Origin: Actinomycetota bacterium
GTDB lineage: Bacteria > Actinomycetota > Acidimicrobiia > Acidimicrobiales > Ilumatobacteraceae
NCBI GenBank assembly: GCA_029978335.1
Contig: JAPOJQ010000006.1
Location: 864-64,863, forward strand
Direction: 5' to 3'
Length of the DNA stretch: 64,000 bases
Made by a program: the position numbers and the translations under genes
In this document: in pieces, positions 27,291 through 37,870 of the stretch
Numbering within the stretch: the stretch's first letter is position 1
Layout of the letters: the number at the start of each line of letters is the position of its first letter
Notes under the pieces: model-generated
The model's input: only the letters and a program-made list of their open reading frames with translations
The model's database searches: none
Told to the model about the DNA's origin: nothing

Positions 27291-28688
27291 TCAGCGTCCG
27301 AGCATCCCGTCGATCACGCCACCCCAGAATTTGCTCGGTCGCCCCGATCGGTCCTCGTTGCGATCGGCAAGGTGTGCCGCGCGGCGGCCGGCGTTGATGC
27401 CGATCCATCTGACCGGTTCGGGTTCCCACCGACGTGAGCGGTGGCCCACCCAAGGGAGTCGGAGCAGTTCAGCATCGTCGTCATGGCGTTCGCCGGAGAG
27501 GTCACCTTCGACGAGTGCCGCCACGGTGCGCCCCGCAAGGTTGGTCGTGCTGACACCATCACCGACGTACCCGCCGGCGGTCACGATGCCGCTACGGCGA
27601 TCGAGGTCAACCGAACACGTCCAGTCGCGAGGGGCAGCAAGTGGTCCGCCCCAGTGATGAGTGAATCTGGCCTCTCGAACGATGGGGAAGAGTTCGATTA
27701 ACGCCTCGATGATGAGGTCTCTGACCCGCCGATCGGTGTCGAACGACGGGTCGATGCGTGATCCGAAGTGATACGGGGCACCTCGGCCACCGAATGCGAA
27801 ACGATCGTCGGCGGTTCGTTGGCCATAGATGATCAGCTGGCGCGTGTCATCAAAGGTCGGCCGCCCGGATAGGCCGATTTCGTCCCACATCGAAGCAGGT
27901 AGCGGCTCGGTGGCAACCATCATCGAATACAGCGGAATGACGGACCGTCGTTGACCTCGGAGCTGTGGGGTGTAGCCCTCGGTGGCCCGCACGATGTGGT
28001 GAGCGCGAATCGTGCCGCGATCGGTTTCGACCCTGCCGGGCTCAATGGCGGTGGCACGTACCGGGGCGAGGATTCGTACACCTCGGGCAATGACCGCTCG
28101 CCCAATGCCGTGCGTGAGCGCTGCCGGATGAACGGCAATGCAGTGCGGGGTGTACATGGCGCCCTTCAATGACGTCATGTTGCAGATCGCAGCTGCTTCT
28201 GATGTGTCGAGCAGCCGAAGGTCGTCATCGCCGAATCCATAACGCCGATGCGTGTCGACTTCGTGGCGGACTCGTTCGAGTTGTGGCCCATTTCGTGCAG
28301 CCGTGATCGACCCGCCTCGAGCCGCGCGAGCATCGATGCCTTCGAGGGCGAGGACACGTTCGATTTCATCGAGGGTGGAGAACATCGCTCGTTGCATTGC
28401 GATCGCCGATGCTCTGCCGTGTTGCGCGTTCATCTTGTCGAGGCCCATAGGCAGGAGAGCCGAGGCCCAACCACCGTTGCGTCCACTCGCCCCAAACCCG
28501 ACACCATGGGCATCGATGACACAGATCGACAGCGTGGGGTGGCGGTGCGCGAGGTAGTAGGCCGACCACAGGCCGGTGAGCCCGGCCCCCACGATGGCCA
28601 CATCGCATGAGACCATCGTGTCCATCGGGGTTGTTGAGCACCGTAGGCTCGTCTCGAGGGTCTCATCCCATAGCGAACCGGTCAGCAT
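27291..28688 (-). CDS. FAD-dependent oxidoreductase (DadA / gamma-glutamylputrescine-oxidase-like amine oxidase family)
   Basis: It has CDVAIVGAGLTGLWSAYYLA (GxGxxG). ORF 27291-28763; I set the start to ATG 28688 (MLTGSLWDETL..), leaving 66 nt to the divergent CPBP gene. Confidence 0.8.
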   Translation of the reverse strand: MLTGSLWDETLETSLRCSTTPMDTMVSCDVAIVGAGLTGLWSAYYLAHRHPTLSICVIDAHGVGFGASGRNGGWASALLPMGLDKMNAQHGRASAIAMQRAMFSTLDEIERVLALEGIDARAARGGSITAARNGPQLERVRHEVDTHRRYGFGDDDLRLLDTSEAAAICNMTSLKGAMYTPHCIAVHPAALTHGIGRAVIARGVRILAPVRATAIEPGRVETDRGTIRAHHIVRATEGYTPQLRGQRRSVIPLYSMMVATEPLPASMWDEIGLSGRPTFDDTRQLIIYGQRTADDRFAFGGRGAPYHFGSRIDPSFDTDRRVRDLIIEALIELFPIVREARFTHHWGGPLAAPRDWTCSVDLDRRSGIVTAGGYVGDGVSTTNLAGRTVAALVEGDLSGERHDDDAELLRLPWVGHRSRRWEPEPVRWIGINAGRRAAHLADRNEDRSGRPSKFWGGVIDGMLGR

Positions 28689-28754
28689 CGTGTGAGGGGC
28701 AGTCGGACCCATTCCCTCGATGGTAGGTCGCTGACCTGGGAGCCACTGGACACC

Positions 28755-29576
28755 ATGCAACATCCGTTACGCCAAGATCACACCCCGTGGGGTCCGCCAA
28801 CGGGACCTGCTGTGGGATGGCACGACGGCCGAGAAGGATCGCGCTTCTTCGACGGGACCATGTGGTCTGATCCGGTCCGCCCGACGCTGCCACCGAGGGT
28901 CGGACTGTCGGTGCTGGTGGTACTTGGATTGTCGTTGCTCATCGCGCGGGTGAGCGTGGTGGCGCTTGAGCCAGTGGGTGTGCCGGTCGGCGTGTTGGTG
29001 GCACTGCTGATCGTGCTTGGCTACGCACCGCCAGCATGGTGGGCGGTGCGTTCCGTGCGCCGGTCTGCTGGGTCAGCGTGGCGAGCAGCTATTGGTTGGC
29101 ACATGCGCCCCATCGATGTGGCGTGGGGGTTGCTCGGGTGGTTGGCCGCCGTGGTGGTGCAGTCGATCGTGCTGGTGGTACTCATGGCGTTCGATGTGCC
29201 GGTGGCATCGAATGCGGCAGATCTCGGAGGTGACTCGGTTCCCACGTGGTATCTCGTCGCCACTGGATTGGCCGCAGTGATCGCTGCACCGCTGGTTGAA
29301 GAACTGGTGTTTCGTGGTGTGGTGCAGTCGTCGCTCGTACCGCGGCTCGGCGCACCAGTCGCCGTGCTCGTTCAGGGTGCGGTGTTCGGTGCGGTGCACG
29401 CCGATCCACTGTTTGGTTGGTCGAACATTGGTCTTTGGATCGTGCTCGGTGCCGTCGGTGCCGTATTCGGAGCGGTTGCACATTTCACCGGCCGTATCGC
29501 CTCGGCGGTGATTGCACACGCAGTGTTCAACGGTGTGGTGCTGATCGTGCTGTTTACGGGCCTTGCGCCAACCTGA
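28755..29576 (+). CDS. CPBP-family intramembrane glutamic endopeptidase (CAAX-protease-like) with DUF2510-like N-terminus
   Basis: It has APLVEELVFRGVVQ, FGAVHAD and HAVFNG motifs. The N-terminus GWHDGREGSRFFDGTMWSD resembles the DUF2510 W-x-DG-x-x-W motif. I set the start to ATG 28755. Confidence 0.8.
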   Translation: MQHPLRQDHTPWGPPTGPAVGWHDGREGSRFFDGTMWSDPVRPTLPPRVGLSVLVVLGLSLLIARVSVVALEPVGVPVGVLVALLIVLGYAPPAWWAVRSVRRSAGSAWRAAIGWHMRPIDVAWGLLGWLAAVVVQSIVLVVLMAFDVPVASNAADLGGDSVPTWYLVATGLAAVIAAPLVEELVFRGVVQSSLVPRLGAPVAVLVQGAVFGAVHADPLFGWSNIGLWIVLGAVGAVFGAVAHFTGRIASAVIAHAVFNGVVLIVLFTGLAPT

Positions 29577-29578
29577 CG

Positions 29579-30439
29579 TCAGTCGAGACCATCGAGTGTC
29601 ATGTTGTCGATGAGGCGCACCCCATCGAACCAAGCAGCGACGATCAACGCACACGAATCCGGGGCGCACACGCCGGTCGGTCGGACGAACGTTGCTCGGT
29701 CGATAACGGCGACGTACTCGATCGAGTCGGCTGCCGGCTCGATGTCGGCGAGTGCGGCCCGCTCGATCTGATCGACGTCTCCACTGCGAGCGGCGGAGGT
29801 GACAGCTGCCAACAGCCCACGATGGATCGCGGTTGCGCGACTGCGAGCATCTGGTGAGAGGCGCCGATTGCGACTTGACATTGCAAGGCCATCGGCCTCC
29901 CTGATCGTCGGCGCACCAACGATGGCGGTTGCGATGTTGAGATCGGTGATGGTCCGTGAGATCACCGCCAGTTGCTGGAGGTCTTTGCGTCCAAACACCG
30001 CGACATCGGGTGCGCAGGCCAAGAGCAATTTCACCACCACCGTGGCGACGCCTGCAAAGTGCCCGGGCCGGTGGGTTCCCTCCCAGTGCTGAGCGATGGG
30101 CCCGGGTTCAATCGTTGTGGCGAACCCGGTTGGATACATCGCCTCGACCGTTGGCAGGTAGATGGCATCGACCCCAGCGTTTCGGCACAACTCGATGTCG
30201 TCATCAACGGTTCGTGGATAGGCATCAAAGTCGTCTCGACGGTTGAACTGGGTTGGGTTCACGAAGATCGACACCATGACGCGGTCGGAGTGACGCCGAG
30301 CAGCGTCGATGAGCGAGAGATGTCCGGCGTGCAGCGCGCCCATAGTGGGAACCAACGAAATCCGCTCGCCCGCACGTCGCCGTATGAGCGACCACGACTG
30401 AGCGAGGTCTGGTCCTGTCAAGATGTGCGGTGTTGTCAT
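29579..30439 (-). CDS. panC: pantoate--beta-alanine ligase
   Basis: It has LVPTMGALHAGHLSLI and FVNPTQF. I set the start to ATG 30439 (MTTPHILTG), which forms an ATGA overlap with the stop of the upstream S58 peptidase. Confidence 0.9.
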   Translation of the reverse strand: MTTPHILTGPDLAQSWSLIRRRAGERISLVPTMGALHAGHLSLIDAARRHSDRVMVSIFVNPTQFNRRDDFDAYPRTVDDDIELCRNAGVDAIYLPTVEAMYPTGFATTIEPGPIAQHWEGTHRPGHFAGVATVVVKLLLACAPDVAVFGRKDLQQLAVISRTITDLNIATAIVGAPTIREADGLAMSSRNRRLSPDARSRATAIHRGLLAAVTSAARSGDVDQIERAALADIEPAADSIEYVAVIDRATFVRPTGVCAPDSCALIVAAWFDGVRLIDNMTLDGLD

Positions 30440-31461
30440 CGCAGTGCACTCGGACAAAGCGACCCGTAGCTTTCGGCATTTACCGCGGGAGTTGCAGCGA
30501 GGATCGCATCGACGCATGCATGCGCCACGCACGTTGCTGCAGCCGACTGGATCTGGCTCAATCGGGCAACACGATCGACGTCTCCGATGTCGATCCGGCG
30601 CGTGCTCATCGCAAACAGTGTGTCGCCATCAGCGAGGGTGTGTACCGGATTAATTGCTCTGGCGAGGCCGTCGTGACCTGACATCGCGAGTCGGGTTGCT
30701 TCTGGTCGGGTGATCGCAGCGTCGGTGGCGACGACCCCAATGGTCGTGTTGAGCGAAGGGAGCGATCGCCGAGCGATGTAGTCGACCAGGGCCGTGCGAT
30801 CGGCGGGTGTGGGTCGGCGAAGTCCGTGCACTGACACATGAGGCTTGCCTGACGCAAGGTCGATCAGTGATCCCCTGGCGTTCACGACGCAGATGGCACC
30901 GACGGTGACGGTGGTCGCTGGCGTGGCGTCGGTTGCGGTGAGAGCGACCGTGCACGAGGCCATGCCGACTCCGCCACGCACGCCGCCTGCCATCGCGCCG
31001 GTGCCTGCGCCGATGCTGCCGCGTCGGTGTTGACGGTGTGTCGCTGCGCGACACGCCCGTTCGCCGAAGGACGCATCGGGATGATTGGCGAAGCTTCCGC
31101 CGCGTCCGAGGTCGAAGATCACCGCCGTCGGTACTACGGGCACAACCTGTCCGGGTTCCGGTCCGACTCGATAACCGAGATCTCGGGCGGCAAGGTAGGA
31201 CATTGCCCCGTCGGCCGCCCGAAGGCCGTACGCGCTCCCGCCGGTGAGGCAGATGGCGTTGATCTGGTCAACCAGGTTCCACGGCGCCAGCGCATCGGTT
31301 TCCCGGGTGCCGGGTCCACCACCGCGCACATCGACACCGGCGATCGCACCGTGGGGTGCCAGCACCATCGTGGTGCCCGTTCGCCACCCGCGCCCAGTGC
31401 GTTGATGATGGCCGACCGCAATGCCATCAACGTCGGTGATGGAGCCTGGATCAGCCAGCAT
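30436..31461 (-). CDS. P1/S58-family (DmpA-type) Ntn aminopeptidase
   Basis: It has ITDVDGIAVGHH..GTTMVL, RGGGPGTRETD, ICLTGGSAYGL, GSIGAGTGA and LNTTIGVVATDAAI..HDGLARAINPVHTLADGDTLFAMST. I set the start to ATG 31461 (MLADPGSITDV), which gives an 11-nt overlap with the esterase stop. The longest start is 31533. Confidence 0.85.
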   Translation of the reverse strand: MLADPGSITDVDGIAVGHHQRTGRGWRTGTTMVLAPHGAIAGVDVRGGGPGTRETDALAPWNLVDQINAICLTGGSAYGLRAADGAMSYLAARDLGYRVGPEPGQVVPVVPTAVIFDLGRGGSFANHPDASFGERACRAATHRQHRRGSIGAGTGAMAGGVRGGVGMASCTVALTATDATPATTVTVGAICVVNARGSLIDLASGKPHVSVHGLRRPTPADRTALVDYIARRSLPSLNTTIGVVATDAAITRPEATRLAMSGHDGLARAINPVHTLADGDTLFAMSTRRIDIGDVDRVARLSQIQSAAATCVAHACVDAILAATPAVNAESYGSLCPSALR

Positions 31462-32887
31462 TGGCGTCGGCCCAGAGTTCTCGGATCGACGGTTCTGGGT
31501 CCTCGATGACGTCAACACCGCATCGGCTGTCAAGGTCGAGCACCTGTGTCACGCGTCGGTCATCCCACTTCGCCCAACCGGGGTCGCCGCGATGTGCAAA
31601 CGAACTCACGGCTCCGGCGAAGGTGTGCGCGAGATCGGCTCGTCGTTCGTCGGTGCCGGTGAACAATTCGACGCCGGTGCGATCCAGATTGGCAAGTGCG
31701 AAGGGAATATCGAGGGCATGACAACTACCGAGGACGCCACCAAAGACCGGTGTCGGGAAGGTGAACCAGTGCATGAATGACTGATGGCCGTGTGCCCATC
31801 GATCATCCGCGAGTCGGTGCGCCGGCCGACGGAACACGGCGTCGGTTCGAATTGCCGAGAACAGTTGGCCCGAGTTGTGGTCGTTGCGATGCGATCGGTA
31901 CACGTCGAGCATCTGAGCGGTGTCGTCAAACAGGTGGCTGAATCGTCGTTGCACGGCGTCGTCGTCCATGCCGGTAACCGCTGGGTCGAAGGCACAGAAC
32001 AAGTGCATCTCGTCGCGGGTGGTGCCGATCATGAGTGGCCGTGCGTCGCGCGCAGCGGCGGCGTGGATGTCGCTTGGGAGCAGGTCGCCACCGGCGGTGG
32101 GAGAGAAGGCCGTGAGCGCGTCGCTGGTGCCATCAAGCATTGCCGCCTGGGCGGCGAGAAGGGCATCGCCCGGAAGTGCTCGAAGCGCATCGACATCATC
32201 GAGACCCGCTGCCCGAAGGGTCTCGGCAACGGTCTCGTCGGAACGATCGACGGCACGAATTTGTGGCAGCGAGGGGCTGAGGGCGATTGCCTGGTGGAAC
32301 AGATCCCGTCCATCAGAGGTGGCCATCAACGCCACCACGCTGCAGCCGCCAGCGGATTCGCCCATGATCGTGACCTGCGATGGGTCGCCACCGAACGCAG
32401 CGATCTCATTGCGAACCCAACGGAGGGCGTTCAGTTGATCGCCGAGGCCGAGATTGCTGTGGCCGAGGAATCCAAAAGCGCCGAGGCGGTAGTTGATGGT
32501 GACGACGACCAGTGATCCGAGCGACGCGATGTTGGTGCCGTCATACCAGGGCACGGAACCTGCTCCATTGGTGAAGGCGCCACCATGAATCCACACGAGC
32601 ACCGGATGTGGCCCTGGTGACGTTGGGGCAAACACGTTCAGCGTGAGGCAATCCTCGGCTGTGGGCTGGCTGCTCTCACCGAGCAGCAGTTCCATCGTGC
32701 CCGGCACTTGTAGTGCTTGGGGCCCGTAGGTGTCGGCATCACGGACACCTGACCATCGATGATCGCTCAGCGTCGAGTGGGTGAATCGTTCTGCGTCGGC
32801 ATAGGTAATGCCTTTGAAGACTCTGACGCCGTTGCGGAGCACGCCGCGCAGATCGCCGCCTGAGACCGTCACCGTCGGCTGGTTCAC
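31451..32887 (-). CDS. type-B carboxylesterase/lipase family protein
   Basis: It has VSGGDLRGV..FKGITYA, VLVWIHGGAFTNGAG and IMGESAGG (nucleophile elbow). The family-typical N-terminus begins near GTG 32887. The track ORF runs to 33154 but that part is antisense to the acetyltransferase, so the start is uncertain. Confidence 0.8.
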   Translation of the reverse strand: MNQPTVTVSGGDLRGVLRNGVRVFKGITYADAERFTHSTLSDHRWSGVRDADTYGPQALQVPGTMELLLGESSQPTAEDCLTLNVFAPTSPGPHPVLVWIHGGAFTNGAGSVPWYDGTNIASLGSLVVVTINYRLGAFGFLGHSNLGLGDQLNALRWVRNEIAAFGGDPSQVTIMGESAGGCSVVALMATSDGRDLFHQAIALSPSLPQIRAVDRSDETVAETLRAAGLDDVDALRALPGDALLAAQAAMLDGTSDALTAFSPTAGGDLLPSDIHAAAARDARPLMIGTTRDEMHLFCAFDPAVTGMDDDAVQRRFSHLFDDTAQMLDVYRSHRNDHNSGQLFSAIRTDAVFRRPAHRLADDRWAHGHQSFMHWFTFPTPVFGGVLGSCHALDIPFALANLDRTGVELFTGTDERRADLAHTFAGAVSSFAHRGDPGWAKWDDRRVTQVLDLDSRCGVDVIEDPEPSIRELWADANAG

Positions 32888-32980
32888 CTCGGTGACGGTA
32901 GCGTGCCGGCTGTGTCGGGACGCCGTCGGGGAGGGGTTCGACCGCCACTTGGAGCACGGCTCGGGCGGCGGCTCGGAGAG

Positions 32981-33556
32981 GTGGTGCTCGACGTCTACGA
33001 GCACCTGTCCCGGCTTGCCGCGATTGGCCCTGATACCCGACGTGGCCGCGACTTTGGGGCGCTCGGTGCGGGGAGCATCATCTGTTTCCCACCCGGCACC
33101 ATCATGAACGAGCGGTACATCCGCATCGGATCGGGCACGATGATCGGGCCGCAAGTGGCGTTATCAGCGGGGATGGTGCCTGGGCAGGAGTGCCCGATCG
33201 ACCCAGTGGTCCGGATTGGCGATCGTTGCTTGATCGGGCGAGGTTCAGGCATTGTCGGGCATTTCTCGATCGACATCGGTGACGACGTGTGGACCGGCCA
33301 TCACGTGTACATCACCGATCAAAATCACGGGTACGCAGATCTGGACCGGCCGATTTCGCAACAGTCGATGCCCGAACGCCCCGTGCGGATCGGTTCGGGC
33401 TCGTGGATCGGGCACGGTTCGGTGATTCTGCCTGGTGCTGACATCGGCGAACACGTGGTCATTGGAGCGAACAGCGTGGTGACGGGCATCATCCCTGATT
33501 TCAGCGTGGCGGTTGGTGCCCCAGCGCGGGTCATTCGCGATATGCGAGCAAGCTGA
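32981..33556 (+). CDS. left-handed beta-helix (hexapeptide-repeat) acyl/acetyltransferase
   Basis: It has hexapeptide repeats IRIGSGTMIGPQV, VRIGDRCLIGRGSGIVG and VRIGSGSWIGHGSVILPGADIGEHVVIGANSVV. I set the start to GTG 32981 (GGAGAG immediately upstream); the longest start is 32903. Confidence 0.75.
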   Translation: MVLDVYEHLSRLAAIGPDTRRGRDFGALGAGSIICFPPGTIMNERYIRIGSGTMIGPQVALSAGMVPGQECPIDPVVRIGDRCLIGRGSGIVGHFSIDIGDDVWTGHHVYITDQNHGYADLDRPISQQSMPERPVRIGSGSWIGHGSVILPGADIGEHVVIGANSVVTGIIPDFSVAVGAPARVIRDMRAS

Positions 33557-33562
33557 CGCCGT

Positions 33563-34126
33563 TCACATGCCGAGATCGAGTGGCGGGCTGCACGTTGCCA
33601 TCTCGTTGTCTGCGGCAAAGGTTGCCAGTCGCTCCGAGATCGGCACTTCGCTCATCGTTTCGTAGAACGGCAGGTTCTCACCCGTGGTTCGCAACTCGGT
33701 GGCATAGCGCCGACGATCCTCGAGATAGGTGCGGTATTCCTCAAGCCACATCGGCACGATCGCCTGTCCTTTGGCATCCGCTGGCAGGTCGGCCGCCAAG
33801 TCGTTGATCATCGCCTCGAGAATGTCGGTGGATGCATCGATGATGTCGGCACGTTCACGAATGAGCTCGGCGCCACCTGAGTCGAGGCGACGGTAGTCAG
33901 CGAGAACGAAGCGCTCCTGTGCGGACGCCGTACAACGTTCCTCGGCGCGCTCAGCCCATGCCCGATCGTCGAAACGGTTCACACCATCGCGCGGCGCGAG
34001 AAAGAGCACGTAGGTCCACAACACGACCATGCCGACGAGGAAGAACGCCACTGCGGTGCGAGCAAGACGTCGACGCCACGCCGGCACGGCGGCAGGATCG
34101 ACGGCGGGGGGCGCCGTATCACTCAT
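33563..34126 (-). CDS. hypothetical membrane-anchored protein (single N-terminal TM)
   Basis: The 187-aa product has a TM helix AVAFFLVGMVVLWTYVLFLA followed by a helical ectodomain with 2 Cys. I recognised no motif. Confidence 0.5.
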   Translation of the reverse strand: MSDTAPPAVDPAAVPAWRRRLARTAVAFFLVGMVVLWTYVLFLAPRDGVNRFDDRAWAERAEERCTASAQERFVLADYRRLDSGGAELIRERADIIDASTDILEAMINDLAADLPADAKGQAIVPMWLEEYRTYLEDRRRYATELRTTGENLPFYETMSEVPISERLATFAADNEMATCSPPLDLGM

Positions 34127-34158
34127 GTCGCTACGTTACGGGCGCTGCTCGCTGTTCG

Positions 34159-34713
34159 TCATTCCTGCACGCCAAGTGGTCCGATATCGATGCCAAATGG
34201 CAGCGGCCCCCCAACCGCCACGACCTCGCACTCGGCAGACGTCGCAGTGGAGGGAAACGATGCGGAGCGCTGCGTGGTCGAATCGGCAGCAACGTCGTCG
34301 ACAGCAATGGTGATCGAGCGAATCGTTCGCGACAGCGAGGGTCCAGTCACCGTGACGAAGACGGTGAATGACGATTGCTGCATCGACAGGTTGGTGATGG
34401 CGACGCCAACGTCAACTTCAGCGCCGTCGGCACGGCATTCTTCGATGGCGACATCATGTGCAGCGGGTCGAGCAAAGGATGCGACTGAACGCCACAAGAC
34501 CACGATCGAGGTGGCGATCAGAGCAACGACGACGGCGATGAGCGCAGAGATGGGCCGTCGCCAGCGGCGAGGCGGCCGGGCGGTATCGGTTCCGTAGGGG
34601 TCAACACGGCGGACGCCGTCGTCAGCCACATCGGCCGTCCAGCGAGCGCCATCAAACCAGCGATGGTCATGTCGACCAAGTGGATCCGGATGCCAGCCAG
34701 GTTGGCTCGTCAC
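34159..34713 (-). CDS. DUF2510-domain membrane protein
   Basis: The N-terminus is GWHPDPLGRHDHRWFDGARWTADV (DUF2510 signature). It is followed by the TM helix ISALIAVVVALIATSIVVLW and then a beta-rich ectodomain. Confidence 0.6.
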   Translation of the reverse strand: MTSQPGWHPDPLGRHDHRWFDGARWTADVADDGVRRVDPYGTDTARPPRRWRRPISALIAVVVALIATSIVVLWRSVASFARPAAHDVAIEECRADGAEVDVGVAITNLSMQQSSFTVFVTVTGPSLSRTIRSITIAVDDVAADSTTQRSASFPSTATSAECEVVAVGGPLPFGIDIGPLGVQE

Positions 34714-34736
34714 ATGGGCACGGTACCGTCGCAGTG

Positions 34737-35414
34737 ATGGAGATCGTGTTCGTCCGTCATGGTCAGCCCGAATGGGTGCGCGATGGATTGGCCGTTGGTG
34801 ACCCGCCGCTCACCGACTTGGGCCACCGTCAAGCGGAGTGTCTTGCTGATCGATTCGTCGATGAGCATTTTGATGAGATCCTCGTCTCGCCGCTGACCCG
34901 GGCCCGTCAGACGGCAGCGCCGCTACTCGCCCGACTCGGCCGCGAGGAGGTCATCGCTCCGTGGCTCGAAGAGATTCGTGATCCGGGTTGGGCGGGAAGC
35001 CCAGCTGAGAAGGCGGAGCAGGCCTATGCCGAAATGCGATTGCAGAGCCCCGAAGATCGCTGGCACGGACTCGATGGCGGCGAGTCGGTACGCGACTTTG
35101 TCGACCGCATCCATCTTGGCGTCGAGATGTTTCTTGCCGAACGAGGTGTAGCAAGGGATCAGCACGATCTGCCGGTCTGGCGGGTGGAGCGCCCCGGTCG
35201 CCGTATTCTGCTGGTCGCACATGCGGGTACGAACTCGGTGTCGATTGGGCACTTGCTCGGTCTTGCCCCAACGCCGTGGGAATGGGATCGCTTCGTGTTG
35301 GGCCATGCATCGATCTCAAAGGTCGAGTCGATGGCCGTGGGAGCAGTGCATTCGTTCAGCTTGGTTCGACTCGCCGATGTTGAGCACCTCGGCGCCGACG
35401 ATCGCAGCCGCTGA
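34737..35414 (+). CDS. histidine phosphatase (phosphoglycerate-mutase-like) family protein
   Basis: It starts MEIVFVRHGQPEW (RHG catalytic motif) and has ..SPLTRARQTA.. and ..LVAHAGT... I set the start to ATG 34737. Confidence 0.8.
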   Translation: MEIVFVRHGQPEWVRDGLAVGDPPLTDLGHRQAECLADRFVDEHFDEILVSPLTRARQTAAPLLARLGREEVIAPWLEEIRDPGWAGSPAEKAEQAYAEMRLQSPEDRWHGLDGGESVRDFVDRIHLGVEMFLAERGVARDQHDLPVWRVERPGRRILLVAHAGTNSVSIGHLLGLAPTPWEWDRFVLGHASISKVESMAVGAVHSFSLVRLADVEHLGADDRSR

Positions 35415-35446
35415 GTCGAGTTCCGAGCGGCCACTACCGTGGTCGC

Positions 35447-36931
<1,485 letters not shown>

Positions 36932-36958
36932 TCGGCGCACGCGCCTAGCATCATCAAC

Positions 36959-37870
36959 ATGCGTCCCGGTGTGTCGACTTACCGTCGGATTTCCATCGGG
37001 GCGTTGATCGCGTTGAGTGTCATCATCGTGACCGGCGCTGCGGTGCGCTTGACGAACAGCGGCCTCGGCTGTGATGACTGGCCGAATTGCAACGCTGAGC
37101 GTTTGATCGATGTGTCATCGACCCATGCCGCAATCGAACAGGTCAATCGACTCTTCACGGGTGTGGTGGTTGTTGCGGTTGCTGCGGCAGTGCTCGGTTC
37201 ACATCGGCGTCGTCCGTATCGCCATGATCTCGTGTGGTGGTCGTGGGCGCTCGTGCTCGGCGTGGTGGCCAACGCACTGCTCGGCGCTATCACCGTGTGG
37301 GTGGACCTGCATCCCTATGCGGTCCAGGGCCACTTGTTGTTGTCGATGGCTCTTGTCGCATCTGGGGCGACGTTGGTGCGCCGATCTGGTGAGCCCGATG
37401 GCGCAGTACGGCGTCGTGTGGTGTCATCGCTGACTCGGTTCAACGTCTGGGGCATTGTGCTGGGCACCACCGTTGCCATCGTGACCGGCACGGTGGTGAC
37501 CGGTGCCGGACCTCACGCGGGTGATGAAGAGGCCGTTCGCCTTGGCGTTGAGATCCCGACTGCCGCACGTCTGCATGGCGTGTCGGTCATGGTGACCCTG
37601 GGGCTGGCGGTGCTGCTCGTGGCTCGCCTCCGACGAGATCGCAGCGATGCGGCGGTAGTGCGACCTGGACTTGGCCGCTGGCTTTTTGTCGCCATGCTGC
37701 AGGCGGGCCTCGGCTACCTGCAGTACTTCACTGGGGTCCCTGCGATCCTTGTTGGCGCGCACGTTGCGGGAGCGACGGCGGTGTACATCGTGACCACCCA
37801 GCTGTTGCTCGATACCTCGAGCCCGGAGGTCACGTCTCGGGCACGCGAGCTCAGCGATGTGCCGACATGA
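36959..37870 (+). CDS. ctaA: heme A synthase (COX15/CtaA family)
   Basis: It has VIIVTGAAVRLTNSGLGCDDWPNC, about 8 TM helices, and conserved His residues in the TM segments. Confidence 0.85.
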   Translation: MRPGVSTYRRISIGALIALSVIIVTGAAVRLTNSGLGCDDWPNCNAERLIDVSSTHAAIEQVNRLFTGVVVVAVAAAVLGSHRRRPYRHDLVWWSWALVLGVVANALLGAITVWVDLHPYAVQGHLLLSMALVASGATLVRRSGEPDGAVRRRVVSSLTRFNVWGIVLGTTVAIVTGTVVTGAGPHAGDEEAVRLGVEIPTAARLHGVSVMVTLGLAVLLVARLRRDRSDAAVVRPGLGRWLFVAMLQAGLGYLQYFTGVPAILVGAHVAGATAVYIVTTQLLLDTSSPEVTSRARELSDVPT

